Shown in pieces: positions 1-9,213 of a DNA stretch of 64,000 bases. How positions within the stretch are numbered: the stretch's first letter is position 1; each line of letters opens with the position of its first letter. The translations under genes were made by a program, and so were the position numbers. The notes beneath the pieces were generated by a model. It was given only the letters and a program-made list of their open reading frames with translations. It was not told the origin of the DNA and ran no database searches. Source of the stretch: a virus; IMG/VR virus record IMGVR_UViG_3300030049_000007; one strand, 5' to 3'.

Positions 1-219
1 ATTCATATTAGAATCAATAACTTTCAATAATACATTCTTGCGATTACTTTCAGTATAATTAGCAAGAACCAATTGATTATTCTTATCGATCCTTTCCATT
101 TTATTATATAGTTTCAGGCCGCCAAATACCGCTGTCCCAGCAATGGCCAGTACGATTATCGTATTAGAAATATATGGAATAAGATGATTACCAATATTAA
201 TTATTTTCTGATCAGTCAT
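1..219 (-). CDS. Partial hypothetical protein with an N-terminal membrane anchor (runs off the window)
   Basis: ATG at 219 follows an AAGGAGG Shine-Dalgarno. It translates MTDQKIINIGNHLIPYISNTIIVLAIAGTAVFGGLKLY... and is not in the ORF track. Confidence 0.5.
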   Translation of the reverse strand, partial: MTDQKIINIGNHLIPYISNTIIVLAIAGTAVFGGLKLYNKMERIDKNNQLVLANYTESNRKNVLLKVIDSNMN

Positions 220-380
220 TCACTATCCTCCTTAACCTTAATAAATGACTGCCCTTCAGAAAGTAAAGGGCAGTCACTAAAACGGTTATCATAAATAATT
301 ACGGATCCGCCGGGAGAGCGCATCCAAACTTTTCCTTCTTTTTTGAATACTACGTATTCAAAACTACCTGTCTTCTCCAT
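216..380 (-). CDS. Small hypothetical protein (54 aa)
   Basis: Hand-translated as MEKTGSFEYVVFKKEGKVWMRSPGG...KEDSE*. It overlaps both neighbours in operon fashion. Confidence 0.5.
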   Translation of the reverse strand: MEKTGSFEYVVFKKEGKVWMRSPGGSVIIYDNRFSDCPLLSEGQSFIKVKEDSE

Positions 381-2031
381 TACAACTCTCCAATTTAAAT
401 TTGTTCATATTAAAAATATTTAAGTTAGGAATTTTTAATTGACCAAGATCACCAACATAAGAACCGAAATACTGTATTACATTACTTTCGGCTGCATAGA
501 AAGTAATATACTTCTCCAATTCATTCTTATCAATAATCTCCATGCGATCTAATGTGAATAGATTGCAATTTGTAAACATATCTTTAAGAATAGCGGTGCA
601 GATTCGGAGCTTCATACTGTCTGCTAATCTACGAATCGGCAAACCCTGAAAGAATAGGCCATCCTTAGATAATGATATTCCCTTTAATCCTATTGTCAAC
701 CTTCCAGGGATTACCTCTTTCAATAACTTATTCAGTTTCTCAAGAGAAAGATTTAATTCCTCTTGACGCTTTCTAGCTTCATCAACTCCTGTGATAGTTC
801 CAATATCTTTAGCTAACCTAGCCTTATATAATTCATCTTTCATCTGAACTAACTTGGCTTCAGTTTCAGTAATATCAATTGGATCTGCTTCGAAAATCTC
901 AAGTTCCTTCAAAATACTTTCAGCTCTATCAAGTTCAAGTTGTTTTCGCTTTAAGTCTTTGGCAGTTTCAATATCTTGCTTAAGCTTTTCAGATTTAGTT
1001 TTTAATTCAGTAACATTAGTAAATTTAATTTTACCATTATCAGTTAAAGTCTTTTCGGACTTTTCAAGCTTTTGTTTATAAGGTTTCATATCTGTAGTGC
1101 ATTTAATCAATCCACTGATGGGACAATTAATTTCGCCACTACTGAGTTTACTTAAAGTTGCCTTGATATTAGAAACTTCACTCCTATCCTTAGCCAGTTC
1201 TACCTCTAACGTAGAAACTTGTTTATTAATCTCTTCTAATTCTTTAATAGAATTATCAAGATTTTCTAATACACTCTTACCATCTTCTAATTCTTTCTTA
1301 ATAATTTTTACGTTTTCTTCAGTCTTAGTTTTAATATCAATATTTTTCTTACCAATATCAATTCGAATGTTTGTATCTTTAGCTTTTCGTAAATCTGCCT
1401 CGGTATTATTAACGAGATCTTCCATAAACTTTAATTCTTCTTCGGTTACTTGTTTAATAATTTGAGCCCCAGCAGTTTTAGCATCAAAATCTTTTACAAT
1501 AGCATTAACACCAGTACGTTCTTTATATAATCCATCGTAATGTTTTTGGATTGCATTAACTGGATTTTCCGCTAAATCCACTTTTTCCAATCCATATAAT
1601 TTAATTTCTTCGCTAGTTAACTTCACTCGTTTACTAATAGTAGAAGAGATAAATTCGTTCAAATCTTTAGGTTTCATATTAATCATATCTGTTGGGCTAA
1701 ATAGAAATGGATTATAAGTTTTATTTAAAACATCTTGAGGTTTATTAAGCGGCTTCTCATCGGGTCCATACAAATAAAGCTTACTGGATCCACCACGAGT
1801 TAAACGGCGCTCGATTCGTGACTGGTTATTTGATACCAAAATAACCTCACAGGTAGCGGTTCCATTTCTCACAAGAAACTCATCATTTCCACCAATCACA
1901 GCCCACTGAATGGCCTGTAGAATACTGCTCTTGCCCTGATGAGATTTACCCTGAAACATGTTAAATTTCTTACAATCAAACTGAATATTTTCAATTGGTC
2001 CGAAGTTATTAATAATGACTGACTTAATCAT
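364..2031 (-). CDS. SbcC/Rad50-like ABC-type ATPase (recombination nuclease subunit)
   Basis: N-terminal 'INNFGPI' and Walker A 'GKSHQGKSS', long coiled coil with a central Cys pair (CPISGLIKC, hook-like), and degenerate signature/Walker B at the C-terminus. Confidence 0.75.
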   Translation of the reverse strand: MIKSVIINNFGPIENIQFDCKKFNMFQGKSHQGKSSILQAIQWAVIGGNDEFLVRNGTATCEVILVSNNQSRIERRLTRGGSSKLYLYGPDEKPLNKPQDVLNKTYNPFLFSPTDMINMKPKDLNEFISSTISKRVKLTSEEIKLYGLEKVDLAENPVNAIQKHYDGLYKERTGVNAIVKDFDAKTAGAQIIKQVTEEELKFMEDLVNNTEADLRKAKDTNIRIDIGKKNIDIKTKTEENVKIIKKELEDGKSVLENLDNSIKELEEINKQVSTLEVELAKDRSEVSNIKATLSKLSSGEINCPISGLIKCTTDMKPYKQKLEKSEKTLTDNGKIKFTNVTELKTKSEKLKQDIETAKDLKRKQLELDRAESILKELEIFEADPIDITETEAKLVQMKDELYKARLAKDIGTITGVDEARKRQEELNLSLEKLNKLLKEVIPGRLTIGLKGISLSKDGLFFQGLPIRRLADSMKLRICTAILKDMFTNCNLFTLDRMEIIDKNELEKYITFYAAESNVIQYFGSYVGDLGQLKIPNLNIFNMNKFKLESCNGEDR

Positions 2032-5000
2032 TTTTTATCCTATCATATGTATCCATTAGTTTCTCATAGTCTATAGCTATAGCGGTAATTGGTTTATTCC
2101 AATCAATTTTATTTTTATCGTTTGGAATTGGATAATGTTTAAGTTTACCATCTGAGGTAGTTTCAATAATTCCACTTTCTTTTAAATCTTCTGTAAATTT
2201 TCCAATAATAATAGGAAGACTATTATCAATCTGCATATTCATACATTTAATAACTGAATTAGCAGAAACAATTAAAAGTTTACGTCCACCGGGACCATTT
2301 TGAGTTGGTGGGTAAGTAATATCCTTAATTGGATAGTTTGGAAAATTACGTTTAGGATCTTGCCATCTTTCATTATTATAAACTCTAATTCCAATAGTTT
2401 CGCTATTAATAATCTGACACAACATGTCAATAACTTTATAAGTTGAAGATTGTTTTTCAATACGCACAATTTGATTTTTAATCTGAGTCTTCCAATATTT
2501 TACGAATTTCTCAAAAGTTTCATCAATTTCAATACTAGTAGCAACTCCCTCGGTTTTCATAAATTCACAAATTTGTTCGAATGAACTTACTAATCTAGAA
2601 ACCATATCTGATGGTCGTTCAGCATTATTTTTATTATCTTTAAGAATTTCTACAAATACATTTTTCCATTTTCTTAAAGATGTTGAATAAGGAACAATTC
2701 CACGTTTCTGAGCCCAAGCAATTAACCGTGGAGTAATACCTCTCATCAGATCTAGATTAATAATGCTATCATTATAAAAATTAATCATTTTACGATAATG
2801 AACTTCTCGTTCTGCCGATATTTCTTTTGTGCATCTACGAATACGTAAAGTAAGCATTCGAGCGGCAATGGATTCTGGAACATTTTCATTTTCTGATTCT
2901 GAAGTAATAATGGCAGAACAAGTTAACTTATTTCCACCCTTAATCTTCGTAGCAGAAGAATCCATTCTAGTTCTAGTAGTTCCACCATAAAGTTTATGAA
3001 TGAATTTATCAAATTCATCACTTGCCATTTCTTCAAGTTTTAAATCATCAATACAATGAGTCATATTTCCAATTTTCATTAATTGATGTTCGAGAGATAA
3101 TGAAGTTCCATTCCATCCAAGTAAATCATTGCCAGCTTTAAATTTACCGAGTAAAGACATAGCCATAATAGCTGCGGTAGTTTTATATGCTCCACTCTGG
3201 CCAGCAAGATAAATTGGAAATCCATGATCGTTTTCAACAATACCAATACCTTGTAATTCTCTGGTACAGGAATCGAAAACTAAACTAATTAAACTATCAA
3301 TAACATTAGAATCATGAACATGACGTAAATCATACCAAAAAATATCTAATGCTCTCTTGTAATCTTCCTCATTTAAAACTTCTAATTCAAATGGAAGATT
3401 ATTAACCACAGCATCTCTACCGAACAAATTAACATCAAAATTTTCATTTTGTTTAATTATTCCATTAATAATAGATACTTTAGGAAATAAACAAAATAAT
3501 TCAGTTTTAAAATAAGTCATACAAAAATCTTGAAATGGTCTACCTAAACATGGAAATACATAAGATTTATTACCTACAGGAATACTACTCATTAAACTTG
3601 TAATTTTATCAAACTTACCATTTCTAAGATCGTTGTTGTAATAAACCAAATCTGTTAAACTAGCCTTAGTAGCTAGAAAAGCTTTCATTTTCTTAAGATC
3701 AACAATATCATCTGATATTATTTCACCAGATCCTGCACTTTTACCATTAATAACAATTTCTACGGTATAGTACTTTTCAGACGTATTATCATTATAATTG
3801 TAATAAGTTATTTCATCATTAATTCTCATATAAAAATTAGTAGCTTTGTAATTTACTTTTGACCCATCATCATTAATTTTAGTTTCTATAATATGCCCTA
3901 AAGCATCAATTGAGAAATTCTCAATCATAACCTCTCTTTGATGAGAGGTAATATTATTTTCAATATCTTCACTGATTGCGAACTCTCTCTTAACTAATTC
4001 TTTAAAAACTTCTCTTTGTGAATATTGTAGAATTTCAGAAATGAATAATACATATTTAACCTGAACCTCTCGTCTATTATCTTCATTTTTAATACTAGCA
4101 CAAAACTTTTTAATAGCTTCAATCGCATATCTTGAGAGACTAATTTGTTCAATCGAAGATATAGTTTCCAATTGATAATCATTATATTTAAGATAATCTT
4201 CCAAATCAAATTTAGCTTTTACGTATGAGAGTTTACCCCAATCCGTAATTAATAAATCATCTGAATTCATTTCCCTAGCTACTCTAGCGCAGGTTCTTAC
4301 GATCGGATGATTTTTAGGAGCTACGTCTTCATCTACCTCAGAAATATCATAATCAGGTAGATATAAAACCTTATTGATCTGATCCTTAAAGATAGTTGCA
4401 GAACCACCTTTAGATCCCATTGCAAAAATAATATTTAATGAGTCATTAAATTTCTTTTCGAAATCAGGATCGTTACATTTTTTTAAATGTCTATATACTG
4501 CTATAGCATAAGCTACGAGATTCATTTCTCCTTCAACTAGTATGTTTCTACGAGTTTGTGGACGAAATTTAAATCTCTGACCATTATAAAAACAAACGTG
4601 ACCTACAGGAATCCATTCAGCAAAATCCTTTACATCTAATTGACGAAAACGTAAACCACATAATGCTCCGTCAACATTATATAAAGGATATACTAAACCA
4701 TTATCCTCTAGATCTTTTCTATATATATTAAGTTCTTTATTATCATTTCCTTTTCTTAAAATTCCCTGACCTTTAAGAATATTAAATACTACATCATACT
4801 TTGGAACAATACCTAATTTCATAGGTTTAATAAAATCTGCTTCAAATGGAATATTTCTATTTTCAAAAAATTTTACAATTCCAATAGGACGCCTAGATGG
4901 ATTATTAATTAAAAAATCCATATTATTTTCACAGGCTTCCCAGACTTCTTTAATTTTAGAACCAAGATTAAAAGGTGTATGTCCAAGTTTCTCAATACCT

Positions 5001-5362
5001 TTTTTCTTAATATTTTCTGGCCATTGTACTTGAGCAAGATCACATGCCATTTGCAAGGCATGAGCAAAATTAATAGCTCCACCACATTTCTGTAATATAT
5101 CAAGGACATTATAAGACTTTCCAGCCTTTTCAGATCCTTCGTTTTTATCGGTGAAATCGGTGAGAAGATTTTTATCAGGAACATAACATAAACTTGGACT
5201 ATTATCTTCGCGCCAAGAGATTTTAGCTCTCGGCCTTGACTCCACTCTTACAAATTCTTCTCCAGTTAATTTTGTGTAAAGTTGATCAATCGGAATTTTT
5301 GATTTTACACTTTCCACAAATTTATTAAATTCAGAAGTTACCTTATCTTCTTCGTCTGACAC
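2024..5362 (-). CDS. Primase-helicase fusion
   Basis: N-terminal primase-like region with TOPRIM-like 'LVEGEMN' and a C-terminal P-loop 'GQSGAYKTT' with Walker B 'CIDD'. 1112 aa, in the replication cluster. Confidence 0.65.
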   Translation of the reverse strand: MSDEEDKVTSEFNKFVESVKSKIPIDQLYTKLTGEEFVRVESRPRAKISWREDNSPSLCYVPDKNLLTDFTDKNEGSEKAGKSYNVLDILQKCGGAINFAHALQMACDLAQVQWPENIKKKGIEKLGHTPFNLGSKIKEVWEACENNMDFLINNPSRRPIGIVKFFENRNIPFEADFIKPMKLGIVPKYDVVFNILKGQGILRKGNDNKELNIYRKDLEDNGLVYPLYNVDGALCGLRFRQLDVKDFAEWIPVGHVCFYNGQRFKFRPQTRRNILVEGEMNLVAYAIAVYRHLKKCNDPDFEKKFNDSLNIIFAMGSKGGSATIFKDQINKVLYLPDYDISEVDEDVAPKNHPIVRTCARVAREMNSDDLLITDWGKLSYVKAKFDLEDYLKYNDYQLETISSIEQISLSRYAIEAIKKFCASIKNEDNRREVQVKYVLFISEILQYSQREVFKELVKREFAISEDIENNITSHQREVMIENFSIDALGHIIETKINDDGSKVNYKATNFYMRINDEITYYNYNDNTSEKYYTVEIVINGKSAGSGEIISDDIVDLKKMKAFLATKASLTDLVYYNNDLRNGKFDKITSLMSSIPVGNKSYVFPCLGRPFQDFCMTYFKTELFCLFPKVSIINGIIKQNENFDVNLFGRDAVVNNLPFELEVLNEEDYKRALDIFWYDLRHVHDSNVIDSLISLVFDSCTRELQGIGIVENDHGFPIYLAGQSGAYKTTAAIMAMSLLGKFKAGNDLLGWNGTSLSLEHQLMKIGNMTHCIDDLKLEEMASDEFDKFIHKLYGGTTRTRMDSSATKIKGGNKLTCSAIITSESENENVPESIAARMLTLRIRRCTKEISAEREVHYRKMINFYNDSIINLDLMRGITPRLIAWAQKRGIVPYSTSLRKWKNVFVEILKDNKNNAERPSDMVSRLVSSFEQICEFMKTEGVATSIEIDETFEKFVKYWKTQIKNQIVRIEKQSSTYKVIDMLCQIINSETIGIRVYNNERWQDPKRNFPNYPIKDITYPPTQNGPGGRKLLIVSANSVIKCMNMQIDNSLPIIIGKFTEDLKESGIIETTSDGKLKHYPIPNDKNKIDWNKPITAIAIDYEKLMDTYDRIKND

Positions 5363-5373
5363 TAGGACTCCAA

Positions 5374-7134
5374 TTAAAGTGATTTTGCTTTTTCTAGATA
5401 ATAATCTTTTAGGAATTTATCAAGTTTCTTACGTGATTTTACTGCTGCCCATATTTTACTTTCAATAGTGTTTGATGTGACTAATTTATACTCAGTAACT
5501 TCTCTTGTTAAACCACGTCTATAGTTTCTATCATGCGACTGTGCATAAAACTCATAATTTTCAGTACATGAATAGTAGAATGATGCATTAGATTTTAACC
5601 ACGTATGGCCGAACATGGCTGCTTGTGGCATGGCTACCATAATTCTACAACTTTTATCATTTAGCCATCTATCTAGTAATTCATTGCGTTTAGTATCATT
5701 TAAACCACCATAAATATAAGAAGCTATATCCTTATACTTATTATAGATTGTTTCGATTTCCCACCTAAAGGTTGCCCATACTATAATGTTATTGTCATCA
5801 GATTCAGCTAAGAACTTAGTAATAAAGTTATCTAATGCTTCTAGCTTAGCATTCCATGGTAAAGATACTCGATGTATCTTACCATTTTTATCTTCTACTA
5901 CCGTGAACCCATTCATAATCTGCATTAAACGAATTCTGACCGCAACTTCATGTTGAATTCTTAATTTACCATCTATTATTTCTCCATCATCTCCAAAACC
6001 TTGTACGGCACTTATATAATCTTTCTCTATCTTTTTATAAAGCTTCATATGATCTTCATGAAGATCTACGTTTATAGTAACGAAGCTCCTAAGAGGGAGG
6101 TCGTAAACGTCTGAGCGTTTAATAAAGTAAGAAACAAGATCTATGCGCTTACGAATTTCTTGTTCTGCGTTATATCTTGGGAAATATTTCATAACTGGAC
6201 CAATTGATCTTTGAGCACCATATCTAGATTCAAATTGACTATATGAATCTCCTAGAACTGATCCTAAAGCCTTCATTTGTCCCCAGATTTGGAAAATTGA
6301 ATTTGGAGCAACAGTTCCTGATGCTAGAGATATATATTTTGCATATTTACTTATTTTTATAAATGCACGAGTTCTATAAGATGAATGTCCTTTTAATGAA
6401 GAAGATTCATCATAGTAAATTGCATCAAATTTTTGCATTTCGAAAAAATTATCTTTGATATAACTATGTTCTCCAGTTTTAGTTTTTTCAAAACACCAAT
6501 TTTGCAGTTTATCATAATTAATGAATGATATTTGACCATCGCAAAATAAATTGTCAGGATCTCGTAGATTGAATGGTTTAAAATCGGAAAATTGACGCAA
6601 ATCTTTAAACCATACATTATCATTTAATAACGATAAAGGTGCAAATACTATTGGTTTACGAATTAAACCATCATGTAATAATTTACCTAAAATGAATATA
6701 CCTATTGGAGTTTTACCAGTACCTTGCTCAGCAAAACATCCAACCTTCTTTGCTTTTAATGCCCAAAGCACCATACGTTTCTGGTGCATATCAGCTTCGA
6801 TTTTAGGAAATAAATAAGGGAAGCTTTGTTCCTCCCACATATCATTAATATCATCTATAGGTAAATTTTTAATACTTGCTGCATCTTTGTACAATTTAAT
6901 TTCATTACGTAGATTTTCGATAATTGGTAAAACTCTGTCATCATAAATAATAGTGTGTCCAAGTTTTGTCTTATTAGTCGTAAATAAATCCGATAAATTC
7001 CATGGGGACATGTTCATATAATAGGAACAGAATTTAGATTTAGTTTCCCATCCAAATAATGAAACGTCCGCATCGGTTTCTATTAAAAATTGATCTGGAC
7101 GTTTTTCATCCATGGATATATTTATTTTAGACAT
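5374..7134 (-). CDS. SNF2-family helicase
   Basis: 'EQGTGKT', 'DESS', 'SGT', 'QSHDRNYRRG'. It sits next to a nuclease, a common phage pairing. Confidence 0.85.
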   Translation of the reverse strand: MSKINISMDEKRPDQFLIETDADVSLFGWETKSKFCSYYMNMSPWNLSDLFTTNKTKLGHTIIYDDRVLPIIENLRNEIKLYKDAASIKNLPIDDINDMWEEQSFPYLFPKIEADMHQKRMVLWALKAKKVGCFAEQGTGKTPIGIFILGKLLHDGLIRKPIVFAPLSLLNDNVWFKDLRQFSDFKPFNLRDPDNLFCDGQISFINYDKLQNWCFEKTKTGEHSYIKDNFFEMQKFDAIYYDESSSLKGHSSYRTRAFIKISKYAKYISLASGTVAPNSIFQIWGQMKALGSVLGDSYSQFESRYGAQRSIGPVMKYFPRYNAEQEIRKRIDLVSYFIKRSDVYDLPLRSFVTINVDLHEDHMKLYKKIEKDYISAVQGFGDDGEIIDGKLRIQHEVAVRIRLMQIMNGFTVVEDKNGKIHRVSLPWNAKLEALDNFITKFLAESDDNNIIVWATFRWEIETIYNKYKDIASYIYGGLNDTKRNELLDRWLNDKSCRIMVAMPQAAMFGHTWLKSNASFYYSCTENYEFYAQSHDRNYRRGLTREVTEYKLVTSNTIESKIWAAVKSRKKLDKFLKDYYLEKAKSL

Positions 7135-7541
7135 TCAATCCATTTCTCCCGTAAGCCTTCCCAACTAAATGGAATTGCTTTATTCCAATCTACAAATTCC
7201 TCTAAATCATAATACATTAAATATCTTATCTGTTTTTCTAAATAAAGTAACCCAATACACATAGCTCCACTTTTAGCTCGCTCCTCTAAGGTATCTAGCT
7301 GTAATTCCTTAAATGGATAAAGGTTCCGATAGCTAAAAGTATTAATTAATTTAGCTTCAGCATATACGGGCATTGATTTATATATCGCAAAGATATCCGG
7401 CTCACCCTTCATATCGGGTTTTATTACTTTTTCTATAAACAGTAATTTTCCATACTTATCTTTTTGTTCTTTTATAAATATTTGTGATCCATTAGATTCG
7501 CTCATATACACAGTTAAAAAATAAAGGGTGCGTGATTGCAC
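7122..7541 (-). CDS. PD-(D/E)xK nuclease (VRR-NUC / Holliday-junction-resolvase-like); real start probably ATG at 7505
   Basis: 'GEPDI...EAK...Q' motif, directly upstream of the SNF2 helicase. Confidence 0.7.
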   Translation of the reverse strand: MQSRTLYFLTVYMSESNGSQIFIKEQKDKYGKLLFIEKVIKPDMKGEPDIFAIYKSMPVYAEAKLINTFSYRNLYPFKELQLDTLEERAKSGAMCIGLLYLEKQIRYLMYYDLEEFVDWNKAIPFSWEGLREKWIECLK

Positions 7542-7548
7542 CCTTTAT
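7516..7548 (-). terminator. Intrinsic terminator
   Basis: ATAAAGGGTGC-gtgatt-GCACCCTTTAT inverted repeat with a T-run on the minus strand, downstream of 7568..8161. Confidence 0.75.
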
Positions 7549-7575
7549 TGTAGCACGATTCTAGTTCTCAGGAAA
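7547..7575 (-). promoter_or_regulatory. Class II promoter (TGcTACAAT extended -10)
   Basis: AGAATCGTGCTACAATA is identical to 49913-49929. The -35 element is weak. Confidence 0.55.
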
Positions 7576-8161
7576 CAGCTACTTCCTGAAGCTCTCGGTT
7601 ATTCGGTCGTTCTTCAACTTCCTTACCGAGTTTCTTATCGAACCACTTCTTTTCAATGGGAGCAACATCCGTAGCCTGCTTCCCATAATAAAGCTTGTCG
7701 GGACGATATACCGAAGTTCGATCAAGACCGGCACAGAAAGCGTTGAACAGAATTCCATTCAACAGTTCCTTTGCGCTTTCGGAATTCTCCATTTCTGAAG
7801 ATTCCACAAATTGGGCGATATTGGTCTTTTGATTATACAGAAATCCAATTTCGAACATTTGGACTTCCATATTGATCGCATCGACCCGCTTCACCCTGAT
7901 CGTTCCACCACTCATTGTAGTAGTATTGCGAACAATCTTTAATTCAAAAATTACTTCCTTGTCATTAATGTCACTGGAGCTATACTTATCGATACGTTCC
8001 TTAAGAGGTACGATGGTAAGCTGACCGCCAATGGACTTATTCGGGGTAATGACGGTTCGCAGCGTTACCGGTTCCCCATTGGGGCCAGCAATGATAACTG
8101 CTTCTCCGTGCTTCGAAGTTCCGAAGCCCCGTTCAGTAAGAAAAATGTTTTTAGAAGCCAT
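7568..8161 (-). CDS. Hypothetical early protein in its own transcription unit
   Basis: Has its own class I promoter, SD and terminator. Its GC content is higher than that of its neighbours. Confidence 0.7.
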   Translation of the reverse strand: MASKNIFLTERGFGTSKHGEAVIIAGPNGEPVTLRTVITPNKSIGGQLTIVPLKERIDKYSSSDINDKEVIFELKIVRNTTTMSGGTIRVKRVDAINMEVQMFEIGFLYNQKTNIAQFVESSEMENSESAKELLNGILFNAFCAGLDRTSVYRPDKLYYGKQATDVAPIEKKWFDKKLGKEVEERPNNRELQEVAVS

Positions 8162-8235
8162 TACAACTTCCTTTCCAAACTACTCTCAAACGAGAGATAT
8201 TATGGTGAATAGCGATATGCATTCACTCCATATAT

Positions 8236-8265
8236 ATTATAACAAAAAAGTGGCTTGTTTTGCGC
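8236..8265 (-). promoter_or_regulatory. Class I promoter copy 1 (GCAA-N18-TATAAT)
   Basis: Minus strand GCAA...TGTTATAATATATATGGA, with the same spacing as seven other copies. Confidence 0.75.
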
Positions 8266-9172
8266 GGTTATTTAAATAATCTTCAATCCATGGTTCAATT
8301 ATATTTTTAACTATTTGATCATATTCTTCTTGAATATCTTTTGGAACATAACGCATTGATGTTAAGAGCTGTAATTCTTTTTGAACTTCTTTATTCAGTT
8401 CACATCTACCATTTCCATTATGGGCATCTTTCCTATGGCATTCTTCACATAATGTAATTAAATTATTAATATCATAAACCGAATAAAAATCTTCTTTTTT
8501 ATCAAATTTAAAATCAGAGTTTAATTTTATTGGAACTATATGATGCATGTTAAAATACATATTTTTATTACCATAACATAAATTACATGTATAATTATCT
8601 AATTTAAAAATTAATTGTTTAATAGGATTACATATACCCATTCTCAAAGAGTTATTTAAATCGGTTAATCTTATTCCTCCATTTTCTAAACGAATTCTTT
8701 CATCTCTTGCTTTTTTAGCGGCAATCATATTGTTATATTGAGAACATTTACATGATTTAGTTTTACTATTAATTACATCTCGTGGTTTTGTTTGAAATAT
8801 TTGATTACATTTTGGACATAATACATTCCAATAATCCATACCAGAATCTTTTTCTGGAATAACCGGATCAATTATTTTAAGATTATTTTCAGATATATAA
8901 TTTCTATAATTTATTTTTTTAGTTCCTATACTAAGACCATTATTATTTTCAATTTGTTTATTCATTCTTATAGTTGATGCTTCTCGTCTATAACATCCAC
9001 AAGAAACAGTTTTTCCTCGTTTAACTTCAGAAGGTTGAGTGATAAAAATTTTTCCACAAAAACATTTAAGATACCACATATCGTGGCCTCCAAGTTTTGT
9101 TTCATCATAAGGTTTTATTACTTCACAATTATGATATACTTGACCCTGCCAATCGTTGGGATGTCTAGACAT
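8237..9172 (-). CDS. HNH endonuclease (homing-endonuclease-like)
   Basis: Two CxxC/CxC...SCxC repeats followed by 'CNLC...HHIVP...NLITLCEECH'. Confidence 0.8.
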   Translation of the reverse strand: MSRHPNDWQGQVYHNCEVIKPYDETKLGGHDMWYLKCFCGKIFITQPSEVKRGKTVSCGCYRREASTIRMNKQIENNNGLSIGTKKINYRNYISENNLKIIDPVIPEKDSGMDYWNVLCPKCNQIFQTKPRDVINSKTKSCKCSQYNNMIAAKKARDERIRLENGGIRLTDLNNSLRMGICNPIKQLIFKLDNYTCNLCYGNKNMYFNMHHIVPIKLNSDFKFDKKEDFYSVYDINNLITLCEECHRKDAHNGNGRCELNKEVQKELQLLTSMRYVPKDIQEEYDQIVKNIIEPWIEDYLNNRAKQATFLL

Positions 9173-9213
9173 TTTTCACTCTCCATAAAAAATGGTATCA
9201 TAAGGAATGACAC

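Noticed and set aside
246-276. 11-bp GC-rich hairpin TGACTGCCCTT/AAGGGCAGTCA
   Set aside because: It is a single copy inside a small ORF with only a weak U-tract. It may be a weak terminator, but nothing further is supportable.
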